Source: a virus
Virus record (IMG/VR): IMGVR_UViG_3300022188_000007
Coordinates: 80,486-144,485 of that record
Length of the DNA: 64,000 bases
Direction: 5' to 3' (one strand)
Positions 26,959 through 36,827 of the stretch are shown piece by piece. Under the pieces are notes generated by a model. That model saw only the letters and a program-made list of their open reading frames with translations, was not told where the DNA came from and searched no databases. The position numbers and the translations under genes were made by a program. Position 1 is the stretch's first letter; every line of letters starts with the position of its first letter.

Positions 26959-29937
26959 ATGTTTGAAAATATAAGGGTTAACAACCCTAACTTTTGTATA
27001 GGCCCACAAACTGGAACGTATTGTTCAGTGGATTCAGATAATGACCCAGTAGTCATGCATGTAAGGAATGATAACGGGGAGTTAATAAGAACATATGGAT
27101 TTTATGAGCCAGGGATATTAGAATCAGGCCCTTATGAATATGAGGATGACACGCCCATTAGTTCTACGGGTTATTTCTATAATGAGTTTGTTACCATTAA
27201 ATATATTGGCCCAAAGGACCAAGATTCTTATTTTGACGGTGCAGTATTTTATACATTAGAAAGACGTGCCAAAGTGTATAGAGAATTTTATACTTTTGAA
27301 CGTGAGATGGATGTAGAAGGTCATCCATATGAACTAATAGATCCGGTTAAACCTGAAAATATAGATGATATAGTATTACCTCGCCCCACTCCTTATGAGG
27401 CCTATAATCTTAATGAAGCTCTAGGTTACCTACCTACAGATGACCATCCAGAATACAGTAGTAATATAATACGTAGATGGGTACTTGACGAAGCTAACGC
27501 CAGGTTAGTTTTAAATTCTACCACAATAAAAAACTCAAATGACACGGATTGGTTTGGCGGAGACGCTTTTGCGGTACTACATACTGTATCTCCTATGACA
27601 GATCATACCGCGAAAGGCTCAGGCCAAATTTCTATCCCCACCACAACCACTTCAGGTCTAAAAAAATATGACACAATAATGTTAGGTCCCTCTGCTGATC
27701 AAGATAATGTTGGTGAGATAGAGGAAGTTTATGTACATAGTATAGATGGAGAAACAGTTGTAGTTAAGACTTATGAGGGATATATTCCTCCCAAGTACGA
27801 CTATATGGAAGGTGATTCTGTAACCACCTTTGGGGATATCCTTTTGTTTGGAAATACCAGGCCTGTAATTAACGAGATTCAGGTCGAATACACTACAGCT
27901 ACGTCATTTGGTACATTATTTCATTTAGACCAGACTAATTATGGGGAAGTTTCCCATAGAGAATATAGTGGGGTGTATGGTGACATACACGCCGCAGTTT
28001 GGAATGTGTATATGAATACACTTAGTTTTGTTAAAGGTACAAATTTATTTCATATGGATATAGATGATTATGAAATAACCAGGTCACAGAATTTAGGTTT
28101 AGAGTACCCCGTTACGAATGAATTAATAGTATTGTATGATCTAGATATAAAAGATGTGACTATCTATAGATTACAAGATGAGGTCATAAAAAAAGATGAC
28201 TCGGGGCAATACGCTAAAGTAGGTTGGGACACTTATAATTACCATGCGGATTCTTTATTACCTTATTCTTTTTCTATAGCTTTACAGGCAGATAAAAATG
28301 TTTTGATGGTCGCTAATAGATCCAATATCACTGCTACTGTAAGAGATCAATTCGGTGTAGGGCTTATTAATAAAAATATATGGTTCACCACTGAAGGTGA
28401 TGCCGGAGCAGTAATACAGCCTGTAGACGGGTATGGACAGTCAGACCCCGATGGTCAAGCCTTTTTAATATATGATTCTGGCTATAATTCACAAGCACAA
28501 GTACAAATTAAAGTTGTAGTGGATGGCGGAAACATCACTTACGGCACCTCTTTTGTTAATGGGGTTATAAATTTAACTCAACATAATGAGTTCCTGACGG
28601 AAATGCAAGCAGTAAATATAAATGATTTTTCTAGTGGATGCGCTGTACTTACTAAGAAGTACTTAATACCCTCTCAAGTTAAGGGTGCCCCAGTCCAGCG
28701 CCAAACCACAGTTCCAGCCTGTGATGGAACCATAGCGCTTAAACAAGTTGTTTCTTTTATGTTCCCAAGAAATGACCTATTAATGGAGGAGGATTGGCCG
28801 GATTATGGGGATCTTCTTAAGTACCCTTTTTTAATAAAACTACACGCTGAACCTGATATGCACCGAATCTTGCCCGGACTTATAGATGTAGAAGGTTTTT
28901 ACAATGAATGTAGCAGCATGGCGGTAACTGTTATTAAATTGTTACTATGTAGTAATGATAGGGAGGAGAGTTACCTTAATATACCTGCTATTTCTGAGGG
29001 ATTTTCTGAACATTATCTCAGTCAAAACTATATTAGTAGGCATTTATTATATGGACACACTGCTATTGTATCATTAGACCAGTTTACTTTTGTACAAGAA
29101 GCAGTTCCAGCTATGTGGTCTGAGAAGAATAATGTGACCACCGATTACTGGATTAGGCTTCGCCCTTTTGCTAGTGATTTGGACCCTACTACTCTTGTAA
29201 TAAAATTTAAGGAAGAGTCTTACTTAGGAATGGGAGAATGGTATGAGGTGACTATAGATGGGGTAATAACTATGTTTGATGCTGGAGGAGGATTAAATGG
29301 TATTGATTTTTATTATATACCTCCAGTTGTTTTTCATCATAACGCAATTGTATATGTTTCTATTGAAGTATATGACACTTCTAATATACCAAATAAAATT
29401 TTAGTAGATTACTGGTTTAAATTAATACCTGATTTTAAAGCTCCTCATTTAGACAAGTATTTCCCAGCAATAGAAGAGCCCGAAGCTAATATCAACACAC
29501 CTATTACATTTGATTGTTTAGATGTGGGTGAGGGTGTAGATATTGATACTTTAGAGATATTTGTTAATAATAGATCAACTACATTTGAGTACAATGAGTT
29601 TGAACCAGGGAACTACCATATTACATGTAATCTTTCTTATATTTTTTATTACGGTCAGACAGTTAACGTGGTAGTTGATGTAAAAGATAGATCAGCTAAT
29701 TCTAATAGATTGTTTGATGGTTGGAAATTTTTTATTACAGAAAGTTCCACACCTTGGTTTAATATGAATAACACAGAGCCTCGCCGTTGTATAGAGGGTC
29801 TTCGTAGAGACCAAGATGTGTCTTTACAAGTTTATGGTGTAGATGACACTGGGATTAAATATGATAGTTTAAGACTAGAAGTTGGAGGTCGTTATAGAAC
29901 TATTAAGATAATACCTATTGTCTATAGATTAAGCTAA
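26959..29937 (+). CDS. Structural protein, paralog 3 of 3 (992 aa), Big_1 plus further Ig-like domains
   Basis: MFENIRV...MLGP...YRLQ...ITATVRDQFGVG...DGQAFLIYDSG, followed by Ig-like repeats (GEGVDIDTLEIFVN, TGIKYDSLRLEVG). Confidence 0.7.
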   Translation: MFENIRVNNPNFCIGPQTGTYCSVDSDNDPVVMHVRNDNGELIRTYGFYEPGILESGPYEYEDDTPISSTGYFYNEFVTIKYIGPKDQDSYFDGAVFYTLERRAKVYREFYTFEREMDVEGHPYELIDPVKPENIDDIVLPRPTPYEAYNLNEALGYLPTDDHPEYSSNIIRRWVLDEANARLVLNSTTIKNSNDTDWFGGDAFAVLHTVSPMTDHTAKGSGQISIPTTTTSGLKKYDTIMLGPSADQDNVGEIEEVYVHSIDGETVVVKTYEGYIPPKYDYMEGDSVTTFGDILLFGNTRPVINEIQVEYTTATSFGTLFHLDQTNYGEVSHREYSGVYGDIHAAVWNVYMNTLSFVKGTNLFHMDIDDYEITRSQNLGLEYPVTNELIVLYDLDIKDVTIYRLQDEVIKKDDSGQYAKVGWDTYNYHADSLLPYSFSIALQADKNVLMVANRSNITATVRDQFGVGLINKNIWFTTEGDAGAVIQPVDGYGQSDPDGQAFLIYDSGYNSQAQVQIKVVVDGGNITYGTSFVNGVINLTQHNEFLTEMQAVNINDFSSGCAVLTKKYLIPSQVKGAPVQRQTTVPACDGTIALKQVVSFMFPRNDLLMEEDWPDYGDLLKYPFLIKLHAEPDMHRILPGLIDVEGFYNECSSMAVTVIKLLLCSNDREESYLNIPAISEGFSEHYLSQNYISRHLLYGHTAIVSLDQFTFVQEAVPAMWSEKNNVTTDYWIRLRPFASDLDPTTLVIKFKEESYLGMGEWYEVTIDGVITMFDAGGGLNGIDFYYIPPVVFHHNAIVYVSIEVYDTSNIPNKILVDYWFKLIPDFKAPHLDKYFPAIEEPEANINTPITFDCLDVGEGVDIDTLEIFVNNRSTTFEYNEFEPGNYHITCNLSYIFYYGQTVNVVVDVKDRSANSNRLFDGWKFFITESSTPWFNMNNTEPRRCIEGLRRDQDVSLQVYGVDDTGIKYDSLRLEVGGRYRTIKIIPIVYRLS

Positions 29938-29939
29938 TA

Positions 29940-29960
29940 AAGTAACCTAATTATATATAG
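29940..29960 (+). promoter_or_regulatory. Candidate phage late-promoter motif, copy 2 (AAGTAACCTAATTATATATAG)
   Basis: Intergenic and upstream of the SD of 29978. Matches the 20225 copy. Confidence 0.6.
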
Positions 29961-29977
29961 GAAGATAAGGAGAAACA

Positions 29978-30682
29978 ATGTCAGAACCTATTTTAACATT
30001 TTTGTATAATTATTCAGAGAGTGACACACCATACCCAGGTACTGGAGAGGCTGCTGCCGATTGGCACAGTATTTTTTTAGCTACTGGATCTGGGGTTAGT
30101 CCTGATAGAAAAGTGTATACTGGTGGAGGAATTCATCAGTCATTACCTACACCTACTGCTATTTATGGTAGAAGAGAGGCAACTTTACGACCAACTGTAG
30201 GAACATATCCAGTGCCTCAGATTTATATTGAATCTGAACTTGATAATATAATGTATCATGTGCCTTTAGCTAGTGGCCAACCAAACACTAATAGGTTTGT
30301 TTTTGGTGTTTATGTAGATGGTTTAATAACTAGTGATTTATATCTTGAGATGTGGGATGATGTTACTTTTTCAACATCTTCTATACCTACTTTATCTGGA
30401 TCTATAAATTATCCTCATTCAGTTTTTAATGCCATTAGTACTACAGATTCAGCTCCTCCTGAATTTTGGACAGGTGCTGATCTTGTTACTACTTCAGGAA
30501 CTGTTGTTTCAGGTACTCCAGGAGCAGTATGTTTAGCAGGTTATACTAATAGATTAAGATTAAAAGATGCCGATGAGATACAAAATGAATGCTTATACTA
30601 TAGTATGTATGCGGCTATACCATGGGATCTTGATTTTACACATGATAGACCGATAGAATCTTATAGATATTTATATATATAA
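29978..30682 (+). CDS. Hypothetical structural protein (234 aa)
   Basis: SD aaggag. LEMWDDVTFST resembles LTAWDDDTHST in 31162. Confidence 0.7.
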   Translation: MSEPILTFLYNYSESDTPYPGTGEAAADWHSIFLATGSGVSPDRKVYTGGGIHQSLPTPTAIYGRREATLRPTVGTYPVPQIYIESELDNIMYHVPLASGQPNTNRFVFGVYVDGLITSDLYLEMWDDVTFSTSSIPTLSGSINYPHSVFNAISTTDSAPPEFWTGADLVTTSGTVVSGTPGAVCLAGYTNRLRLKDADEIQNECLYYSMYAAIPWDLDFTHDRPIESYRYLYI

Positions 30683-30694
30683 AGGAACTTAATA

Positions 30695-31147
30695 ATGGAT
30701 AAAAGAGTAAAACCAATAAAAGGTTTAGACGCAGTAGATGGTGCTATATATGGTAAACATAATAGAGCCAAGATGGTTAATCCATATAAATCATATTTTA
30801 TTGTACACTACGATGATGGTGCTATATTTAAAGGTAAGAATTTATATGATACAGGCTGGCATAGTGTTAGACATGGTATTAAAACTTTACAATATAAGTT
30901 GTCTACTGGGCATTTAATTACTATTCCAAAATTTCAAGGCTATTTACCTACTATAGAAGTAAGTGAGTCAATAGAGGGCTTTAAGCTATTTCATGCTATC
31001 CATGTTAATTGTATAGCACATGATAAAACAATGAAGTATAAAATAATTTTGAAACAGGATAACATAAGTAAATATAATATAGGAGATATAATAGTCTCAA
31101 CCTCGACTAAAAGGATGAAGTCATCCCAATGGAAGATGGCTGTATAA
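30695..31147 (+). CDS. Hypothetical basic protein (150 aa)
   Basis: SD aaagga. Possibly related to 36828. Confidence 0.7.
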   Translation: MDKRVKPIKGLDAVDGAIYGKHNRAKMVNPYKSYFIVHYDDGAIFKGKNLYDTGWHSVRHGIKTLQYKLSTGHLITIPKFQGYLPTIEVSESIEGFKLFHAIHVNCIAHDKTMKYKIILKQDNISKYNIGDIIVSTSTKRMKSSQWKMAV

Positions 31148-31161
31148 AGGAGCTTAAATAG

Positions 31162-32835
31162 ATGGCAGTAACTATAATAAAAAATTTCTGGAATGGGACC
31201 GAGTATAAGAGTATCGCAAAGATAGTTTTTACTAGTCCTAATTTTACTAGTCCTTATCAGGCCGGTACCAGGTCTCATATGCAACCGGGCGGCCTATACA
31301 TGGGGACTTGGTATGAAGCAGTCGACTTCATGTACAGACAACTAGTTAATCAGGATTACGTCGAGCTACCTGATGAAATGGAAGGTTTCTTTGGTAGAGT
31401 CACTGTAGACGGTGCATTTGATTTCTCTACTGATACTACTTTAACAGTTCTACATGAGTACGGCAATACCTTTGATTTAGAAGGTCCAGGGGCATACCCT
31501 AATATACTATATAGAGATAGGGATAATTATGGCTCTATTGTTAGTGCGTCAGGCACTGGCACAGCTCCTAATGGACAAACGATAACGGATATAATACTCA
31601 CCGACGTAGTAGGTGACGCAATATTGAATGAGTGGGGAAATAATACAACTAGTGGTACAATAATTGATACTATTACAGGGCTTGCTAACCCAGTAGGTGA
31701 GCTTACTACTCTTTCCGAAATTTATACCACTACTGTGATTGCTAATGATGAGTTTAGTTCTGATTTATCAGGAGATATAACTGCAGCTGTGAGTGGTATC
31801 ATGTACAGTGTGGAAAATGAGACTGTAAGTGGCACTTTAAATGGCGAATTCAGCGGTCTCTTTACGGGAGTTGTAGCTGACGGTTTAGGTACTCCAGCAT
31901 CCAGTACTATATCTAGTGCAGTTTCTGTAGCAGCTACCGGTCATGATTATGGTACAACCCTTAGTGGTATTTTAGAGACTTCAATAGCTGAAACTATGTC
32001 ACCTATAGGTGAAGTTATGACTACCTCTGTAAGCGGTATGGTTACTACATATACAAGTGACTCAACCTATACAACTATCAGCGGTCTGGTAGGCGGAGAG
32101 TTAAGTGGTACAGTAATTAGTGGTACAGTGTATCCTAATGTGTCCGGCACGCTTTCGGGCACGGTTACAGGCATCTTAGAAGGGCATGATTTTATTAATG
32201 ATGTTGATGTCTATAGCAGTGTTTCAGGTACCATGGTTATACCACTTACAGGACTTGAACATGTAATGTTTAATTCTACAGACACATGTAGTATCTCTGG
32301 GGTAGTAACTGGGCCAATAAGTGGAACAGTAAGTGGTACAATAGAAGGTAGTTTTGTTAAACCTTCCGAACTTTTATACCATCAGTATTCCGATGCTTAC
32401 ATTAATGAAGCCTCAACTGTACCTAGGCCTCGTAGACACCATGGAGAAAATTCTATAATATTTTCAATTACCTTTGGGGAAGCCTATGATTGTAGACTTA
32501 CAGCTTGGGACGATGATACGCACTCTACAACACTTAATAAAGTATTGACCGAGGAACATTATAGAGTTGATGCAGCAACCTATAGATCTAATATGGCGGA
32601 TACTGCACATTCTCCTACTTTTAGGAAGACTAATAATTTAGTATTTCCTCCTGCAATCGATGTAGTACTGAAAGGTGACGAGAGATACTATGGTAATTTT
32701 GATTTAATCTTCTCCATAGAGGCAGATGAGTATGGAGAGTATTTAGCATTTATACCGAGGTTGGTAGATATAGATGAGTCATTTATTGCAGGGAGTTATG
32801 ATTTTGTGACTACATTGCATTACCAATATACTTAA
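31162..32835 (+). CDS. Structural protein with long T/S-x-S-G-rich insertion (557 aa)
   Basis: SD aaaggag. More than 15 xxSG units lie between about 31540 and 32360. Confidence 0.75.
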   Translation: MAVTIIKNFWNGTEYKSIAKIVFTSPNFTSPYQAGTRSHMQPGGLYMGTWYEAVDFMYRQLVNQDYVELPDEMEGFFGRVTVDGAFDFSTDTTLTVLHEYGNTFDLEGPGAYPNILYRDRDNYGSIVSASGTGTAPNGQTITDIILTDVVGDAILNEWGNNTTSGTIIDTITGLANPVGELTTLSEIYTTTVIANDEFSSDLSGDITAAVSGIMYSVENETVSGTLNGEFSGLFTGVVADGLGTPASSTISSAVSVAATGHDYGTTLSGILETSIAETMSPIGEVMTTSVSGMVTTYTSDSTYTTISGLVGGELSGTVISGTVYPNVSGTLSGTVTGILEGHDFINDVDVYSSVSGTMVIPLTGLEHVMFNSTDTCSISGVVTGPISGTVSGTIEGSFVKPSELLYHQYSDAYINEASTVPRPRRHHGENSIIFSITFGEAYDCRLTAWDDDTHSTTLNKVLTEEHYRVDAATYRSNMADTAHSPTFRKTNNLVFPPAIDVVLKGDERYYGNFDLIFSIEADEYGEYLAFIPRLVDIDESFIAGSYDFVTTLHYQYT

Positions 32836-32850
32836 AGGAGTATATTACTT

Positions 32851-34509
32851 ATGCCTTTACAGGACCATGAAATACCTACGATTGTTATTGTAGGGCCACT
32901 AGACTCACATGAAGCCGATATAGCCTCTAATGTAGTATATAGTACTACTGATAGTGGCACAACTTCAATATTCATGGACTACTCTAAGTATAACGCAGAT
33001 TTCACTGATACAGACAATACAGAGGTAGAGGTAACTACACTGGATACAGAAGTTTCTTATACATCTATTATTGATACACTTGAGGTGGCTGATTTAAAGG
33101 ATAAGGCATTAGACATAGTAAGTACTGCATTTTTAGCAAAGAAAAACTCTTTTGCATATGATATAGATACTGAGTGGTATTTAAGCCCATATATTAGTAC
33201 TGTATCTAATGACACTTATATGGATTTTAGGATCAATTTAGGGGTAATACCTATTAGAGATGATATAAATGTAGACATGTTTTTTTCTAATGTGACCTAC
33301 TACAGTTGTACTGCTGATCTTTATTGTTGTCTTACAGATACACCTAGGATAATAGACATAGATGTGAAGCAAGGAGATGGTAGGATAACTAGATTATCAA
33401 CTGATATTTATACTGCTACTTTTGATACCTCATACTTAAATGCATCTGTTTATAGCACTGCGATGGGGATGGCTCCATCAGGCTCTAATAAACACTGTTG
33501 CTCGTATTCAGGTATATCGTGTTCCGGTACTGATTACCCAGGTGCCACTTTTTGCTCCACAACGTATTCTGGGTTGTTGGCTTTATGTAGTACATACTCT
33601 GGTTGTGTATATGAAGCATTAGATTACTGTATACGCACATGTTCAGGTACTTCATACTATGGCAGTGTACAGAATGATTTGGGTTATTGTATAAACACAT
33701 ACTCTGGTACTACGTATTCTGGGGCAACGTACTCTGGATGTACATATGATTATTTGGATTATCGTGTTGATACTTATCCTAGAGGTATTCTTTCTGATTT
33801 AGAAGTAAGTACTGGGGGTATAACTTTGATTAATTTAGATATTTATTCTACATCGCTAGGATTATCAGCACCGACTTCAGTAGATTTTAAGACTAGAAGT
33901 CTTTTTACCGGAGATTTTTTTGTAGAAAGAGACCAATTTGTAACAGCGTCTTCGATTGCTTGGGTAGATGTTATAGATTATTTATACCCTATTAATACTG
34001 ATAACACTTTTTTCTATGTAGAGGGTGTTTTAGCAAGCGGAGTTTATTTTGAAGACATACCAAATGGTAAACGGATGTATTATAACCCATTGAATGATTT
34101 TTACTCTGATGGAGTATTGAATTATTCTATTCATGTAGAGAATAGTATGGGTGAAGTAGAAGAAAAGGATTTTTATTTTCTATATGGCTATGATTTACAG
34201 CTAGATGAGGTAGTTGATTGGGGTCCTAATAAACAGGTATTAGTTAGAGCAGAAGCAGGTAACTTAGTGTTTTGTCCTGGTTTAGCTGGAGCAGCTTTTG
34301 AGTTTGGAACGGTTGATTTAACATCGTTTAATTTAGGTTGTTCAATAACACCGGTAGGTTTTGAAGATCTGACTTTTAAAATAGTACCTCAAAGTACAGT
34401 ATTTTTCTATGGAAAGACTTATACTGTGAGGTTACACAATGTAAAAGATTTTGCGGGAAATACTATGCCAGATTTAGAATATGAATTTACTATAGAGGAC
34501 CCAAACTAA
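32851..34509 (+). CDS. Structural protein with Cys/TYSG-rich segment and C-terminal Ig-like domain (552 aa)
   Basis: The C-terminal YGKTYTVRLHNVKDFAGNTMPDLEYEFTI is Big_5-like. TYSG repeats lie at 33470-33790. Confidence 0.7.
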   Translation: MPLQDHEIPTIVIVGPLDSHEADIASNVVYSTTDSGTTSIFMDYSKYNADFTDTDNTEVEVTTLDTEVSYTSIIDTLEVADLKDKALDIVSTAFLAKKNSFAYDIDTEWYLSPYISTVSNDTYMDFRINLGVIPIRDDINVDMFFSNVTYYSCTADLYCCLTDTPRIIDIDVKQGDGRITRLSTDIYTATFDTSYLNASVYSTAMGMAPSGSNKHCCSYSGISCSGTDYPGATFCSTTYSGLLALCSTYSGCVYEALDYCIRTCSGTSYYGSVQNDLGYCINTYSGTTYSGATYSGCTYDYLDYRVDTYPRGILSDLEVSTGGITLINLDIYSTSLGLSAPTSVDFKTRSLFTGDFFVERDQFVTASSIAWVDVIDYLYPINTDNTFFYVEGVLASGVYFEDIPNGKRMYYNPLNDFYSDGVLNYSIHVENSMGEVEEKDFYFLYGYDLQLDEVVDWGPNKQVLVRAEAGNLVFCPGLAGAAFEFGTVDLTSFNLGCSITPVGFEDLTFKIVPQSTVFFYGKTYTVRLHNVKDFAGNTMPDLEYEFTIEDPN

Positions 34510-34522
34510 ATAGGAGAAGGCT

Positions 34523-34735
34523 TTGAATAAATTAACTTATAAGTTAGTAGAAGATCAATTTGATTTAAGAGGCTACAAGTTACTTTCTAAAAAATATAAA
34601 TCTAATAGAATTAAACTAGATTATGTTTGTAGTGAAGGACATTATAGTAGTTGTAACTCAAGAGCTAACTCAGAAAGAGAATGGCACGAGGCTTGGTATA
34701 AAGCGATAATATTAAGGAGGAGTAAATTATGGTAG
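34523..34735 (+). pseudogene. Internally deleted HNH homing-endonuclease remnant (70 aa, TTG start)
   Basis: The N-terminal GYKLLSKKY...KLDYVCSEGH is a zinc-ribbon-type DNA-binding start typical of phage homing endonucleases. It is joined directly to SCNSRAN...W, the end of an HNH domain. The catalytic HH core is missing. SD aggag is retained. Confidence 0.65.
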
Positions 34736-36303
34736 CGATCACAAGGTGGATTTCTTTTCCGGCAGATGCTGGAGGAGAAGTTACAGACGGTAATGGAAGC
34801 ACGTATAAGGGTAAGCAAGGTTATAGTAGAGCAACTGCTAGTGTAGCAGATACTTTTACAATAGGCCCGACATCTAATAGATTATATGTTTCAATAGATG
34901 GAGATACAGGTCCGTATATAACTATGTATTCAGGAACAAACCTTGACCCAAGATTTTTGGCAAAAGATATTACTGAGAAGATGCATGATTTAGGTAAAAA
35001 TAATGATAGATGGGATGCGGCCAAATGTGTTTGGACAAACAATAAAGCAGAGGGTAATTGTTTTGAGATATACTCAGGTACATTGGGCTCTTCGTCTAGT
35101 GTTGTAATTACTACTGGTGGCTCTAACGATGGCTCTGCTTTGTTAGGTTATGCAACTGCCATGGAGCAAGGTGGTTTAGCAGACTCTAATGGTTTTACAG
35201 GGGATATAACGGTTACAGGGGACTACTATGGATTTTTGGATGAAACTTACACAATAGTAATTACAAATGATTCATATAGTGAAGCAGGGGTGGCTCCTAG
35301 GGGAATTGGGACTCCAGTAAAAGATTCATCTAATAGTTATGATGGTTCAATGATGACCGGAGGTGTATTTAATGGACCTTCCGATTTAACCTACACTATA
35401 AATGTAGATGTAACTAATGGCTCTACTATGGGTGGTGGATGGGGAAATGTTCCAAGAATATCTTGGGTATCTACAGGTAGTGATTCTTCAACAGTTAGTA
35501 CTGAATTACTTTTTCCTAATTACTGGTACAAAGTAGGTGATTACGGGTTAATGGTTAAATTTACTGACGCAGTATTTAATCAAGTTAGTCCTGCATGGAC
35601 TATAGGTTGTAAAAAACCGGATTACGTGGGGGGAACTAATGCTTCGGGTCCCGTAGCCACAGCAGAGTATGTTTGGGCATCAGACCGTGGAGAGATGAGT
35701 TCATCTCCCTTTTTGACTTCTTCAGGTGTAGCTACTCAATTAGGTACCAGGGGCCTATCAGTGGTATTTAATCCTAATGGGTCGGACAATTTTAATGCTG
35801 GGGACGAATTCCGTGTAATTTGTACTGCCCCTAAACCTACTAGTTATAACATAACTAGCCTTAACTACGGTAATGTTACGGTCAGTACGGAGTCCAGTGT
35901 AAAATGTGTGGTATTTGAAATTGAAGCTGGAGCGGTAGAAATGTCTACTGTAAAGTTCGGTCTTCAAAATCATGGGACTTTTAGTCATCACGATGCAGGT
36001 AATAACGATACTGAGTTTAGGTTTGGAACTGTAGGGCCTGATAATACTTCAGGGTCTAATCCATCGAATGGTATCGAATGGTGGCCTAATGTAGTTCCTG
36101 GTGATATAGATGATAATACTGCACCAACTTATTTGTATAATACAAAAGCTAATTTATCTGTTGTATCTACGGCAGATGACAGTGAGAGTATAGGTAATAC
36201 GGGATTAATGTCTGATCCAATTTGGACAGGAATTCGACTTGGAAGTTCAGAAACAGGCGCTAATAGTACTATCAACATGCGTCTTTACTTCGATTATAGT
36301 TGA
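34729..36303 (+). CDS. Gly/Ser/Thr-rich virion structural protein (524 aa)
   Basis: SD aaggaggag. Has an N-terminal sheath/IN-like module, all-beta segments and DNFNAGDEFRV. Confidence 0.7.
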   Translation: MVAITRWISFPADAGGEVTDGNGSTYKGKQGYSRATASVADTFTIGPTSNRLYVSIDGDTGPYITMYSGTNLDPRFLAKDITEKMHDLGKNNDRWDAAKCVWTNNKAEGNCFEIYSGTLGSSSSVVITTGGSNDGSALLGYATAMEQGGLADSNGFTGDITVTGDYYGFLDETYTIVITNDSYSEAGVAPRGIGTPVKDSSNSYDGSMMTGGVFNGPSDLTYTINVDVTNGSTMGGGWGNVPRISWVSTGSDSSTVSTELLFPNYWYKVGDYGLMVKFTDAVFNQVSPAWTIGCKKPDYVGGTNASGPVATAEYVWASDRGEMSSSPFLTSSGVATQLGTRGLSVVFNPNGSDNFNAGDEFRVICTAPKPTSYNITSLNYGNVTVSTESSVKCVVFEIEAGAVEMSTVKFGLQNHGTFSHHDAGNNDTEFRFGTVGPDNTSGSNPSNGIEWWPNVVPGDIDDNTAPTYLYNTKANLSVVSTADDSESIGNTGLMSDPIWTGIRLGSSETGANSTINMRLYFDYS

Positions 36304-36334
36304 TCGTTACAATAATTATATTATGGTTAAGTAC

Positions 36335-36362
36335 TTGACATTTAATTAGGGTTACTTATATT
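36335..36362 (+). promoter_or_regulatory. Candidate sigma70-type promoter (TTGACA-N16-TATATT)
   Basis: Perfect -35 at 36335-36340 and a 5/6 -10 at 36357-36362, in the largest intergenic gap and upstream of three small genes. The spacer is 16 bp and the start site would fall very close to the SD. Confidence 0.45.
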
Positions 36363-36377
36363 AAGAAGGAGTAATGG

Positions 36378-36593
36378 ATGAAATCAAAAATTTATTTAAA
36401 GGAAGTAGTGGATAATAAATACAGGAAGTTTGGATCTAACCTGGAATATTATCCTGTTAGATTAGAAAATAATGATGGCTCTTTTACTGATGCTTTATTC
36501 ACAAAGGGTCAGTTGGAGCGTGCAATAAAAAGAGCAATAGTTAACCCCGAAGATATACCAGAATTAACTTTTCTGCAAAGTATTTTCGGATAG
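36378..36593 (+). CDS. Hypothetical protein (71 aa)
   Basis: SD aaggag. Confidence 0.7.
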   Translation: MKSKIYLKEVVDNKYRKFGSNLEYYPVRLENNDGSFTDALFTKGQLERAIKRAIVNPEDIPELTFLQSIFG

Positions 36594-36609
36594 ATAAGGA
36601 GTAGTACAT

Positions 36610-36807
36610 ATGCCGTTATATGAATTTGAGTGTGAATGTGGGAACGCATTAGATAGATTAGTACCTATGGGGACTAGCTCTATTCAATGCGAGGATTGTG
36701 GAAAGGATATGAAAAAAATTATTTCAAGATCTAGTTTTATTTTGAAAGGGCCTGGATGGGCATTTGATAACTATGGTTTAAAGGGTACTAAAAAAACCAA
36801 CAAATAA
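36610..36807 (+). CDS. FmdB-family zinc-ribbon protein
   Basis: MPLYEFECECG...CEDCG..MKKIISRSSFILKGPGW is the FmdB-family signature, with the first knuckle shortened to CxC. Confidence 0.85.
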   Translation: MPLYEFECECGNALDRLVPMGTSSIQCEDCGKDMKKIISRSSFILKGPGWAFDNYGLKGTKKTNK

Positions 36808-36827
36808 TATATAAGGGGTGCAACTAT

